Of a stretch of 64,000 nucleotides of DNA, positions 10,055 through 20,344 are shown piece after piece; position 1 is the first letter of the stretch, and every line of letters starts with the position of its first letter. The stretch is from NCBI GenBank assembly GCA_963754875.1, contig CAVWHO010000019.1:64001-128000 (forward strand), given 5' to 3'. Position numbers and translations under genes: made by a program. Under the pieces are notes generated by a model. That model ran no database searches, was not told the origin of the DNA, and saw nothing but the letters and a program-made list of their open reading frames with translations. Source of the DNA: Nitrospirota bacterium. GTDB lineage: Bacteria; Nitrospirota; UBA9217.

Positions 10055-10774
10055 ATGGAAAAAATGACAAGTCCGTACAAATGGGGAATGGTGATCGACC
10101 TCGACCGCTGCACCGGCTGCGGCGCCTGCGTGGTTGCCTGTCAGGCGGAAAACAACGTGGCCATTTGCGAGAAAAAGGAGATCGCCGAAGGCCGCAACAT
10201 GCATTGGCTCAGGATCGAGCGATTCTGGGTGGGCGAGTACCCTGACGTGCAGGTGCGCTTCCTGCCTGTGCTCTGCCAACACTGCCACGACGCTCCTTGC
10301 GAGCCGGTCTGTCCGGTCTTTGCCAGCTACCACAACCCCGACGGCCTGAACGGCCAAGTCTACAACCGCTGTGTCGGCACCCGTTACTGCGGCAACAACT
10401 GCCCCTATGCTGTGCGTGTTTTCAACTTTCACGACCACGAGCACGCCTGGCCGCCGCCGCTCGACAACCAGCTCTCCCCGGACATCACCGTGCGTCCCCG
10501 CGGGGTGATGGAAAAGTGTTCCTTCTGCATCCAGCGGATTCGCAGGGCAAAGGAAGGCGCCAAGGCTGAGGGACGGCTGATCCGCGACGGAGAGGTGCAG
10601 CCTGCCTGCGCCCAGACCTGCCCCGCGGATGCCCTGGTCTTCGGCAACATGGCCGACCCGCAGAGCCGCGTTGCAAGGCTTTCGCGCAGCCCACGCAGTT
10701 TCCGGCTCCTGGAGCATCTGGGCACGCATCCATCGATCAACTATCTCAAGGGGGGAGGACGCGAACATGTCTGA
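10055..10774 (+). CDS. 4Fe-4S dicluster subunit (ActB2/QrcC/NrfC-like)
   Basis: WGMVIDLDRCTGCGACVVAC, CQHC..APCEPVCP, YNRCVGTRYCGNNCPY, RGVMEKCSFC. Confidence 0.9.
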   Translation: MEKMTSPYKWGMVIDLDRCTGCGACVVACQAENNVAICEKKEIAEGRNMHWLRIERFWVGEYPDVQVRFLPVLCQHCHDAPCEPVCPVFASYHNPDGLNGQVYNRCVGTRYCGNNCPYAVRVFNFHDHEHAWPPPLDNQLSPDITVRPRGVMEKCSFCIQRIRRAKEGAKAEGRLIRDGEVQPACAQTCPADALVFGNMADPQSRVARLSRSPRSFRLLEHLGTHPSINYLKGGGREHV

Positions 10775-12133
10775 GCATACACTCGCGGCAAAAAGCGCCG
10801 GACAGTTGAACGACGAGATGCTTTCGTCGATGCGGCCGCCGACCTGGCGGTGGTACGGGCTCGCGTTCTTTCTCGGTGTCGTGGTCGCCTGGGGGCTCGC
10901 CGCCTTCACTTACCAGGTGATGACTGACTTGAGCGTAACCGGCCTGGACCGGCCGGTCATGTGGGGAATCTATATCGCCAACTTCGTGTTCTGGGTCGGC
11001 CTTTCCCATTCCGGCACCATGGTCTCAGCCATCCTGCGCCTCTCCCAGGCCAACTGGCGCAGGCCGATCCTTCGCGCTGCCGAGGCGATGACGGTTTTCA
11101 GCATCACCGTAGCCGGTCTTTTCCCGGTCATTCACCTGGGCCGAAACTGGGTCGTCTACTATTTCATGCCCTACCCCAATCAGCGGGGACTATGGCCGAA
11201 TTTCCGGTCTCCGCTTTTATGGGACGCCACGGCCATCACGACCTATATCATCGGCAGCAGCCTCTTTCTCTACCTGGGAATGCTCCCCGATCTTGCCGTT
11301 GTCCGCGACCGGTCTACGGGCTGGCGAAAAAAAATTTATGCCGTCCTCGCCATGGGGTGGCGGGGAACGGCCCGCGAGTGGGTGGTGTTCCGCCAGGCCT
11401 CGACGCTCATGGCGGCACTTATCATCCCGGTGGCCGTCTCGGTGCATTCGATCGTTGCCTGGGATTTCGCCGTTACGGTTATCCCGGGCTGGCACAGCAC
11501 CATTTTCCCCCCTACTTCGTGATCGGCGCAATCACCTCCGGCGTGGCCGCGGTCATCACGCTCATGATCATCATCCGTCGCGTCTTCCACCTGGAGGACT
11601 ATCTCACCCCGCTTCACTTCGACAATATGGGGAAACTCTTGCTCGTCATCTGCCTGCTCTGGTCTTACGCCTATTTCGTCGAGGTCCAGACGACCTGGTA
11701 CGCCCATGAGCCGATCGAATGGGAGGTCTTCAGCTTCATGTCGGGCAAGTACACGCCGCTGCTTATCCTCATGCTTATCGGCAACTCGGTGCTACCGGTC
11801 GCAGGCCTCTGTTTCAAAAAAATCAGGCGTTCCATCAGGGCGATGCTCGTCATCACCGTTTTCGTCAACGTGGGCATGTTCATCGAGCGCTACCTCATCA
11901 TTGTGCCGTCGCTCTCTCACAAGAACATGCCCTTTATCTGGGGCAGCTACTCGCCCTCGTGGGTGGAACTCTCCGTTACCGCGGCTGCATTTGCCGGGTT
12001 TACGCTCATGTATACGCTCTTTGCAAAATTCTTCCCCATGGTGGCGGTGACCGATGTGCGGGAACTTGGGGTACGCCATACCGATGTCAGACTCGGCCGG
12101 GCAAAGGTGCATTCGATTTCGGAAGAGGAGTAA
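10767..12133 (+). CDS. actC: NrfD/PsrC family quinol-binding membrane subunit ActC; one-base frameshift at C-run 11507-11512
   Basis: WGIYIANFVFWVG, AEAMT, NFRSPLLWD and VSVHSIV..DFA in one frame. WHSTIFPP|YFVIGAI continues in a second frame after a C6 run that is one C short. Confidence 0.85.
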
Positions 12134-12201
12134 AACGATTATGGATTGCACCCTGCACTCGCGCTACGCACTCGTAAGCGCGGGTGTAAACGGAATGCGG
12201 A

Positions 12202-12314
12202 TTTTTTGGACCGAGGCCACCGTGCCAGCATCCAGCGATAATGAGTGCTATGCCGCGAATGCAGGGTGTTGCCGTAAGAGGTAACGCCGACGCGGTCGGC
12301 TTGGTCCATAAAAA
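12202..12314. repeat. MITE/REP-like element, copy 2 (inverted relative to 7562-7668), with a degenerate core hairpin at 12147-12188
   Basis: Shares ATGAGTGCTATGCCGCGAATGCAGGGTGTTGCCGTAA exactly with the reverse complement of copy 1, plus TTTTGGACC / GGTCCA ends. Confidence 0.8.
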
Positions 12315-12325
12315 GGAGTAGTTGG

Positions 12326-12835
12326 ATGGAGACTCTGGGGATTTTTAAGAATGTTGAGACAGCAACCAGGGCAGTGGACGGCCTGATCAAGGCGGGATTT
12401 TCCGAGGAAATTATCACCTCGCTGACGTCTGCGCCCTATCCCGACGGTGTGCTGGTGAAGACCGTCCAGCGCACCTGGTTCCGCTGGTTGTCCGTGGGCG
12501 GCGGAATTTTCGGCGCCTGTGCGGGTTTTCTTTTGGCTGCCGGCACTGCTTATATGTATCCGGTGCAGACAGGAGACAAGCCGATCATCGCCTACTACCC
12601 GACCGGTATCATCACCTATGAGCTCACTATGCTTTTTGCCATTCTCGGGGCCATTGTTGGGATGTTCGTAGAAATGAAGCTGCCGCCGAGAAAAGGGCGG
12701 CCCTACGATCCCGCCATCGCCGAGGGGTACATCGGCATCAGTGTGTCCGTCCCTGCAGGTGACCGCAGAAACCGGGCGGAGTCCATCATGAAGGAAGCCG
12801 GCGCCCTTCGCACAACAGCAGAGGAAACTCTATGA
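12326..12835 (+). CDS. actD: ACIII subunit ActD (DUF3341)
   Basis: Two TM helices, GDKP and ITYELTMLFA motif; downstream of actC. Confidence 0.8.
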   Translation: METLGIFKNVETATRAVDGLIKAGFSEEIITSLTSAPYPDGVLVKTVQRTWFRWLSVGGGIFGACAGFLLAAGTAYMYPVQTGDKPIIAYYPTGIITYELTMLFAILGAIVGMFVEMKLPPRKGRPYDPAIAEGYIGISVSVPAGDRRNRAESIMKEAGALRTTAEETL

Positions 12836-13290
12836 AGAAATCTTTTTCTTTACTGATTATTCTGGCAGCGGCACCTTTACTGATGGCTGCGATCTGGATG
12901 GACGATCAGCAAACCTACAAACCGTACAAAGCGCCGGTCCTTTCCCCGCCTGTTGGTTCTGTGCCCGTATCGGGCAAGGAGCTCGTTTCGCCGGACTCAG
13001 AGCTGCGAAATCCCATCGCCCCCACGCAGGAATCCGTGGCCCGGGGCAAGTCACTTTTTGAAATCAACTGTCAAATATGCCACGGTCAGACCTCGGCGGA
13101 ACGCGGTCCGGTCGGAAAAAAACTCGTTCCGCCGCCTCCCGGCCTCGACCATGACATGGTGAAGGGCTTGAGCGACTCGACTATTTTCAAGGCAATAACC
13201 TTCGGATTCGGACGCATGCCCATTTTCAAGGACAAACTCCTGCCGGAAGAGCGGTGGAGTCTGGTCAACTTCCTGCGTACTCGCAAATGA
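12832..13290 (+). CDS. actE: Monoheme cytochrome c, ActE-like
   Basis: Signal peptide, WMDDQ..YKPY, NPIAPT..SVARG, CQICHG, GRMP. Confidence 0.8.
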   Translation: MKKSFSLLIILAAAPLLMAAIWMDDQQTYKPYKAPVLSPPVGSVPVSGKELVSPDSELRNPIAPTQESVARGKSLFEINCQICHGQTSAERGPVGKKLVPPPPGLDHDMVKGLSDSTIFKAITFGFGRMPIFKDKLLPEERWSLVNFLRTRK

Positions 13291-13598
13291 GGTGGCCGGC
13301 GTTTTTGCCGGCCCGTTGCTTCCGTGTAGATATTGCAAAGGCCTCCCCAGGGCGAACCTAGCCCGTGTTGAGGGGAAAAGGGGTTGTCGCTGGCTGTTCC
13401 GTAACTTCAGAGACCCGAAGGTTGTTCGGCCGTATCTATCATGACAAAGTGACACAGTCCGAGACAGAATTGACGGAGCTTATTATTCGAAGCGATTGAA
13501 GTATGCGAAGAGGGCTGTTGAAGCAGATGACCGATTGGGTAACACACCGCTTTTAAAGCCGGCATGCTCGAATCGTTCGTAATCGGAAGATGGCTTCT

Positions 13599-13988
13599 TT
13601 ACGCCTGCTGCGGGCCGGTCTGCTTGAGGTAGTTGATAATGATGCTGCCGATCTCCTTAAACTGAAAGGGCTTGATGATATATCCATGGATGCCGAGCTT
13701 TGAGCAATCTATGATATCATGCTTTGTTGACAGGGACGTTGCCATGACGATTTTCGTGGTCTGGTCGTGCATCTTTTCTCGAATTTCCTTCAGCACGGAA
13801 TAGCCTGTCATGACCGGCATCACGATATCGAGAACAATAATGTCCGGTCGCCACTCCTGATAGAGACCGAGGGCCTCCTTGCCGTTCGCGGCTAAGCGCA
13901 TATCAAAAAGGTCCTCAGCGAGCCCTTTTCGGTAAAGTTCCAGCGTGTCTTTATCGTCTTCAGCTATAAGTATCTTGATCTTGGCCAT
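13599..13988 (-). CDS. Single-domain response regulator
   Basis: ILIAEDD, LDIVMP, YIIKPF; ATG at 13988 with GGAG upstream. Confidence 0.9.
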   Translation of the reverse strand: MAKIKILIAEDDKDTLELYRKGLAEDLFDMRLAANGKEALGLYQEWRPDIIVLDIVMPVMTGYSVLKEIREKMHDQTTKIVMATSLSTKHDIIDCSKLGIHGYIIKPFQFKEIGSIIINYLKQTGPQQA

Positions 13989-14061
13989 CCTGCTTCTCCC
14001 GACAACGACGCTTTGTAGTATAACATAATCAATGGAGGTCGGCAATCAACGGGAATTTTAT

Positions 14062-17000
14062 CTACTCGAAGGTGACCCGTACGAGATCGAGGTATTCCGA
14101 CAGCTTCGTGATCATTTTCCCGCACTCCTCATGATCGCGCTCCTTCGCCGCCTTTTCCAGCTGCCGGCCGATTTCGGTAATAGCGTCGAAGCCGTAACCG
14201 CCGCCCGACCCTTTCATGGTGTGTCCCAAAATACGGATAGTTTCATAATCACATTGCCCTGCAGCTCGCAGAAGATTCTCGACATCCACTCGTCTTTTTT
14301 GTAAATATCCGGGAACGAGATCCTGCAGCTCCTTGTCAACTCGTACATCAATGTCCTGTCTTCCCCGGGATGGTCTCCTGCCGTGATGCGCATACTGCCG
14401 GATCGAGGAGAGGAGTGCTTTTCGCGAAATGGGCTTGGTAAGACAGGTCGTGCAGCCGGCGTCCAGGCAGGCCCGGTTCTCTTCGTTCGACGTAATGCCG
14501 GTCAGTGCGATAATCGGCGTCGTGGCCGCTTGGCGGTCACGTTCCCATGCCCGAATAGACCGGCAGGCAGTGAGTCCGTCCATGACCGGCATCTGCATAT
14601 CCATGAGTACGATGTCATACTTTCCGGTCTGGTATTTATCGACCGCCACCCGGCCGTTTTCGCAAAGGTCCAGTATATACGGGAATCCGCCAACATATTT
14701 TTTTACGAGCAGCCGATTTGCTTCATCATCGTCAGCATAAAGAATGCGCATGCGGTCGTTGTCTACGGGCATTGTATTTCTGCCGGAATCGCCTCGATCC
14801 AGCACTTCGCGTACCTTGTTCGCAAGGGTCGCGGGCATCAGAGGCTTCTGGATGAGGACCAGATCGGGGTTGCCGTCGCCGCGATTTACCAGGGCATCGC
14901 CGGTGTAACCGGACATGAAAATCACTTTGATGTTGGGACGCCGCTCCCGGAGCCGATCCGCCAGCTGTGCCCCGTTTATTCCCGGCATGACAACGTCCGT
15001 GAGGAGGAGATCTATGGAGCCGGGATAGACATCACCGGTCTTCATTGCATTCTCTCCCGAGGACGCTTCGAGAAGGTTGTAGCCGAGCGGCCGGAGTGTA
15101 CTTGCCACCAGTTTCACAATGGTTGGTTCATCATCCGCCACCAGTACGGTTTCGGTGCCGCGAACGGGCACGGACTGCTTATACTCGACGGTCTTCTCCA
15201 CTCCGCGGTCGATCAGGGGGAAGTAGAGTTCAAACGTCGTGCCCTGACCCGGTTTGCTGCGGACAACAACGTGACCGCTATGCTGCTTCACAATCCCGTA
15301 TACCGTGGCGAGTCCCAGCCCCGTTCCTTTGCCCCGACCTTTGGTCGTGAAAAACGGCTCGAAAACGCGTTCTTTTACTTCAGCGCTCATGCCTGTGCCG
15401 GTGTCAATCACGGATAACAGAATAAATTGGCCATTGCCAATGTCCTGGTCATGCTCTTTGGGAGGACCGGTTTCCGCAGTCTGGATCGTGACGTGTCCCC
15501 CAACGGGCATGGCATCCCGGGCATTCACGAGCAGGTTCATCAGAATTTGCTCTATCTGTCCCACGTCTGCCACGATGTTTTTGAGTGGTTTATGGAGTTT
15601 CAGCTCCAGCACTATCTGTGCCCCGATCAGACGGCCGATCATTTTTACCATGTTTTCGATGACGGTGTTCAGATTGACGACTTTCATCTCGAGGACCTGC
15701 TTCCGGCTGAACGCCAGGAGCTGTTTCGTGAGAACCGCGGCCCGCTCGCCCGATTCACTGATGATTCTGAGGTCTTCCGCCACGGGATCGTGGTCGGACA
15801 CTTTGTTCAGCGCCAGCCTGCTGAAACCGATGATAGCCGAGAGGATATTGTTGAAGTCGTGGGCGATGGCGCCGGCCAGGCGGCCGATGGAATCCATTTT
15901 CTGTATCTGCAGAAGTTCGTCCTGCAGTTTCCGCTGCTCCTCTTCGGCTTTTTTGCGGTCCGTGATGTCCCTCACAATGTGAACCGTTCCCAGAAAGCGG
16001 CCCTGCCGGTCCGTTCGGGGAAGCGCCTTGGTTTCCAAGTACCGGTTCAGGTGGGGCTCAAACATTTCCGAAACGCTTGATGCTCCGGTCAGTTGGGTCC
16101 GGCAAGTGGCGCACGATGCAGGGGGCTTATCTAGGCCGTGGTATGCTTCATAACATTTTCTCATTTCAATGTCATGAAAAGGACCACAGAGGAGGTCCTT
16201 TGCCGCTTTGTTTGCCTGGATAATGTTGAATTTGTCATCATGGATTGTGATCGCATCATTGATGACATTGAAGGTTTCCTCCCATTCATCCCGCGCCTTG
16301 CGGATAGAGTCCTGCATCCTTTTAATGTCGTTGATCTCCTTGATGATGACTACGGCCCCGGCCAGCTTTTTTTCATTGCTCAGCAGAGGATCGGCTGAGG
16401 CCAGGACCCAAAGGTCCTTATCGGCAAGATACAATTCGCGCTCTTCATGCTTTCGGGACTGCATCATGAGGGACAGTGGGTCCCTGTGGCGTTTCATTTC
16501 ATCGCAGCGGAACAAACCGGAGAATGGTTTTCCGTTGATCTCAGCAAAGGTGCAGTTCCAAAAGACGGTCGCGGCCCTGTTAGTCCTCACAACCCGGAGG
16601 TCCTGATCGAGCAACATGATGACGTCTTTCGCGGCATCGAATATCACCCTCCATTCCGTGGAGGCGTTTTCCAGAGCTTCCTCCGCATGCGTTCGGTCGA
16701 CGATTTCTTTCTGCAGGTTATCGACGGTTTCGGTCAGTCTCTCCGTTCGTTCTGCAATCAGCTGTTCGAGCCGGCTCCGATGCTCTTCCAGGTCGAACTT
16801 GAGGCTGAGCTCACTGATGAGCCGGTTGAAGTTGATCGTGCGAAGTATCAGGGAACTCGCCAGGAGAGCGACGAGGAAGGTATTCGCAATAACAAAGGTT
16901 CGGGCGTCCGTGATCCGCTCCGAGACGAGAATTGGAGCCAGATACACGAAATAGACCGTTACCGCGTTGAGCAGGGAAAACAGGAAACTCGTGGGTAAAA

Positions 17001-17358
17001 AAATGACGACCCAGATGCCGATGAGGCCCATTCCCATGTAGTAGGGAGAAGCGTAGCCCCCTGTCTGCAGGACCATGCTTTCTACTGCTATGGACGCTCC
17101 GAGAATGCCGAGATAAACAAGATTTTTATGGAAGCGAATACCCCGATGTTTGTTTTTGATCGTAGTTAGGTAGACGGCCAGCAGACCGCCGGCAATCGAA
17201 ACCCGCCAGGCGAGAAATGTCCTGAAATTTTCCGGCGTGGTCACGAAATCCAGGCCGGCAAAGAGCATGAACAGTATTGCGCCGCCCAAACACAGGATGG
17301 GTGACCAGAACTTAAACAATTCGGCAAGGTTGTCTTCTATGTAAGAGTTCTTGTTCAT
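14062..17358 (-). CDS. Membrane hybrid histidine kinase: TM-PAS-PAS-HisKA-HATPase-REC-REC-Hpt
   Basis: N-terminal TM bundle; AHDFNN, FEPFFTTK, GTGLGL; LLTDVVMP and LMDMQMP receivers; HTMKGSGG Hpt motif. Confidence 0.92.
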   Translation of the reverse strand: MNKNSYIEDNLAELFKFWSPILCLGGAILFMLFAGLDFVTTPENFRTFLAWRVSIAGGLLAVYLTTIKNKHRGIRFHKNLVYLGILGASIAVESMVLQTGGYASPYYMGMGLIGIWVVIFLPTSFLFSLLNAVTVYFVYLAPILVSERITDARTFVIANTFLVALLASSLILRTINFNRLISELSLKFDLEEHRSRLEQLIAERTERLTETVDNLQKEIVDRTHAEEALENASTEWRVIFDAAKDVIMLLDQDLRVVRTNRAATVFWNCTFAEINGKPFSGLFRCDEMKRHRDPLSLMMQSRKHEERELYLADKDLWVLASADPLLSNEKKLAGAVVIIKEINDIKRMQDSIRKARDEWEETFNVINDAITIHDDKFNIIQANKAAKDLLCGPFHDIEMRKCYEAYHGLDKPPASCATCRTQLTGASSVSEMFEPHLNRYLETKALPRTDRQGRFLGTVHIVRDITDRKKAEEEQRKLQDELLQIQKMDSIGRLAGAIAHDFNNILSAIIGFSRLALNKVSDHDPVAEDLRIISESGERAAVLTKQLLAFSRKQVLEMKVVNLNTVIENMVKMIGRLIGAQIVLELKLHKPLKNIVADVGQIEQILMNLLVNARDAMPVGGHVTIQTAETGPPKEHDQDIGNGQFILLSVIDTGTGMSAEVKERVFEPFFTTKGRGKGTGLGLATVYGIVKQHSGHVVVRSKPGQGTTFELYFPLIDRGVEKTVEYKQSVPVRGTETVLVADDEPTIVKLVASTLRPLGYNLLEASSGENAMKTGDVYPGSIDLLLTDVVMPGINGAQLADRLRERRPNIKVIFMSGYTGDALVNRGDGNPDLVLIQKPLMPATLANKVREVLDRGDSGRNTMPVDNDRMRILYADDDEANRLLVKKYVGGFPYILDLCENGRVAVDKYQTGKYDIVLMDMQMPVMDGLTACRSIRAWERDRQAATTPIIALTGITSNEENRACLDAGCTTCLTKPISRKALLSSIRQYAHHGRRPSRGRQDIDVRVDKELQDLVPGYLQKRRVDVENLLRAAGQCDYETIRILGHTMKGSGGGYGFDAITEIGRQLEKAAKERDHEECGKMITKLSEYLDLVRVTFE

Positions 17359-17525
17359 GCGGGAATAGGAGTTCGCTGCCGGAAATCTCTAAGTCGAAAG
17401 GGAGCATAAAAAAGCGGCCTTTCGTTTCTTATCGTCAGCACGATGAAAAACTTAAATAAAATCTGCTACAATATCTCCAGAACGTGAAGAGGGAAACGAA
17501 TAAACGCAGTCATTTGTGATCTATT

Positions 17526-18909
17526 ATGCCATCCTCCTCATACGACGCAATCATCATCGGCACCGGGCCTGCAGGCATCTTTGCTGCGCTTGAACTGGTA
17601 AAAAACAGCCGTCTGAAAATTCTCATGATCGAGAAAGGCGGCGACCTTGAGCATCGGGCCTGCCCCATGATCGAATCCGCGGTCCCCTGCGTCCAATGCG
17701 GGCTTTGCGGCATCCTCTGCGGCTGGGGCGGCGCAGGGGCTTACAGCGACGGCAAACTGACGCTTACCTCGGATTTTGGAGGATGGCTCAAGGACTATCT
17801 TTCCCCGGGCGAGCTCACAGCTTCAATAGACTATGTCGATTCCATTTATCGAGCCTTCGGCGCAGGCGGCGACGTGCACGGTGAGAACAAGGATGCGCTG
17901 TCCCGTCTCCGGAAAAAGGCGGCAGGGTACGACCTTGAACTCATTCCGGCCAGGATCCGGCACATCGGAACGGACATGTGCCGGGAAGTCCTGAGGCGGT
18001 TTAAAAACGAGCTGGACAATAAAGTAGATTTTCTCTTCGATACCACGGTGCAGCAGATCAGGGTGAACGACGGGACTGCAGCAGGCGTGACGCTCAACGG
18101 CACTACGACGATCGAAGCAAAGCACATTATTGTTGCCGCGGGCAGGGAAGGGTCCTCGTGGCTTTCGGGCGAAGCGAAGCGGCTGGGCCTCGCGGTCAAG
18201 AAGAACCCCGTAGACATCGGCGTACGGGTCGAGCTCCCGGCCCAGATCATGAAGGACATCACCGACGTTGCCTATGAAGGGAAGTTCATCTATTATTCGA
18301 AACGGTTCCGCGATCGCGTGCGCACCTTCTGCATGAATCCCTACGGCGAGGTGGTCAAGGAGTACAGCGAAGGCATCTACAGCGTGAACGGCCACAGCTA
18401 TAAGAACCGGAGAACGGAGAATACGAACTTTGCCCTTCTCGTGAGCACGGACTTCACCGAACCCTTTGATGATCCTATCTCCTACGGCAAGTACATTGCC
18501 GGCCTTGCCAATCTCCTTGGCGGCGGGGTGATCGTCCAGCGACTCGGGGACCTCAAGATGGGCCGGCAGGTCCACGCCCGGGAGAATTGCCGAGGCTTCG
18601 GTCCGGCCGACGCTGGAAGACGCGACGCCCGGGGACCTCAGTTTCGTGCTGCCCTACCGTCACCTGCTTAACATTACGGAAATGCTCGAAGCGCTCGACA
18701 ACATAGCGCCGGGCGCAAATTCAGGGGATACGCTTCTTTACGGGGTAGAGGTGAAGTTTTATTCCATGAAATTGCAACTTTCACCGGGCCTGGAAACTGA
18801 AGTGAAAAACCTTTTCGCAGTCGGCGACGGTGCGGGCGTGACGCGGGGGTTGATCCAGGCTTCCATATCCGGAGTTGTAGCGGCAAGAGAAATACTGAAG
18901 AGGAGCTGA
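17526..18909 (+). CDS. FAD-dependent oxidoreductase (conserved uncharacterised family); frameshift near 18565
   Basis: IIIGTGPAG, GWGGAGAYSDGKL, VRTFCMNP. The shifted frame continues RSTPGRI...TPGDLSFVLPYR...GDGAGVTRGL. Confidence 0.8.
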
Positions 18910-18967
18910 TTGCAGATAATCGAAAATTCGGTGGATCAGCAGACGTCCCTGACTCAACTGACCGTCT

Positions 18968-19175
18968 TCACTTCATTCCTCCCCCAACCTGTTTTGTCCT
19001 CACCTCTATAAAGAAATCGCATTTCTTGCGGCCGCCGATCTTCGTTGCATGGAAGGTCTGCATCCTTTTCCTGCACAGGGCCCCGCAATCTGCCGGCACG
19101 TCTTCCCTGCATGTCGCGTGAAAGCAGAACAATTGCGGTCCTGTTCTTCGGGACAATGATAAAATTCCAGCAATT
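18968..19175 (-). pseudogene. Degenerate two-CW-domain-like small Cys-rich protein
   Basis: Joining three frames gives approximately NCW|EFYHCPEEQDRNCSAFTRHAGKTCRQIAG|xLCRKRMQTFHATKIGGRKKCDFFIEV. Two frameshifts, and Arg where the family typically has Trp and Cys. Confidence 0.55.
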
Positions 19176-19465
19176 CGGCGGAGCCGCTTGTCGTTGCGTT
19201 TTTTGGCTGTTCGACGCCAGCTTGGAAAAAATTTCAATCCCGCGACTTGGAATCCCCCGGCTCCAGCCGGGTGAGGAGCGCCCGTAACCGCGGGAGGTCG
19301 TGTTATTAGAAGGAGCCTCCGCAATCTGCAGGAGGGGCTCCACTAAGCTTGCTCATAGTGCTCTTATTGAATTGCTGGCTGATCTCAATACCCGGGACCG
19401 GGTATTCTTAGGGTATGAGCAGAAGATGTTAAAAAGCCGGGGAGCAAGTCAGGATCGTGTAGAAA

Positions 19466-20140
19466 CTATCCTACCCATAACCCGTACAACACTATCAGCG
19501 CGAGTCCCGGCAGCATGTCTATGGTTTTGATGGTTTTTATTTTTAACAGGTTGAAACCGATCGCGAGCACGATAATGCCACCCACACCGTCGATGTTGTT
19601 CATCATCCGCTCCGTTGCGAGGAAGGTAAGCGCTCCGGAGAAAGTCGTCAGAATGCCCTGAACGACAAGAACTGTGATCGCCGAGATGGCGACCGAGGGC
19701 CCGTAACGCGAAGCGAGAACAAAAGAGGCAAACCCGTCCATCACGGACTTTGTCTTGATAAGCATACCGTCGTTGTAGAGCCCGTCCTTGAGCGAACCGA
19801 TGATGGTCATGGACCCGACGCAGAAAAGCGTGCTCGCGACGAGAAACCCCTCTATGTCGTATTTGCCTGACAGATAAGAGTCGTTCAAACGGTTGAGAGT
19901 TCCGTGCAGCCGATCTTCGAGTTTCATCATACTGCCTGCGAACGTCCCGAGTACGAGCGCAAATACCAGGGGAACGATGTCGCTTCCGTGCAGGCTCATC
20001 TTGATCCCCACGAATGCGGTCACCAGCCCGAGCACGATAAAAACTTTTTCTTTTACATCGTCGTGGATCTTTTTTCCCGCAAGAAGGCCGAGCACGCTTC
20101 CCGTGGCGACCAAAATGCCATTGAAGAGATACCCTTTCAT
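19466..20140 (-). CDS. DUF554 family membrane protein
   Basis: GFLVASTLFCVGSMTIIGSL.DG, KSVMDG, DMLP; multiple TM helices. Confidence 0.9.
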   Translation of the reverse strand: MKGYLFNGILVATGSVLGLLAGKKIHDDVKEKVFIVLGLVTAFVGIKMSLHGSDIVPLVFALVLGTFAGSMMKLEDRLHGTLNRLNDSYLSGKYDIEGFLVASTLFCVGSMTIIGSLKDGLYNDGMLIKTKSVMDGFASFVLASRYGPSVAISAITVLVVQGILTTFSGALTFLATERMMNNIDGVGGIIVLAIGFNLLKIKTIKTIDMLPGLALIVLYGLWVG

Positions 20141-20344
20141 GGGGGCCTATTATAATCACATCCGTTATTTATTGAAACAGAAATATAGGGATCATGGGTG
20201 ACGGATTTTGGATTACGCAATTTTTTGTTACTAATCGCACGCATGGGATTACTTAAAATTTTAATTGAGTAATTTTTAAAGTTGTGATATGGTATGCAAT
20301 CACATAGCTGTTATAATGCAATTCTCATTAAGGAGGGGAAAAGG

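Noticed and set aside
11500..11525. In-frame TGA in actC as selenocysteine or programmed frameshift
   Set aside because: The downstream protein is in a different frame, and one missing C in a homopolymer explains it.
20283..20304. CRP/FNR site upstream of the GC-tail protein
   Set aside because: TGTGA and TCACA are separated by 12 nt, not the 6 nt required.
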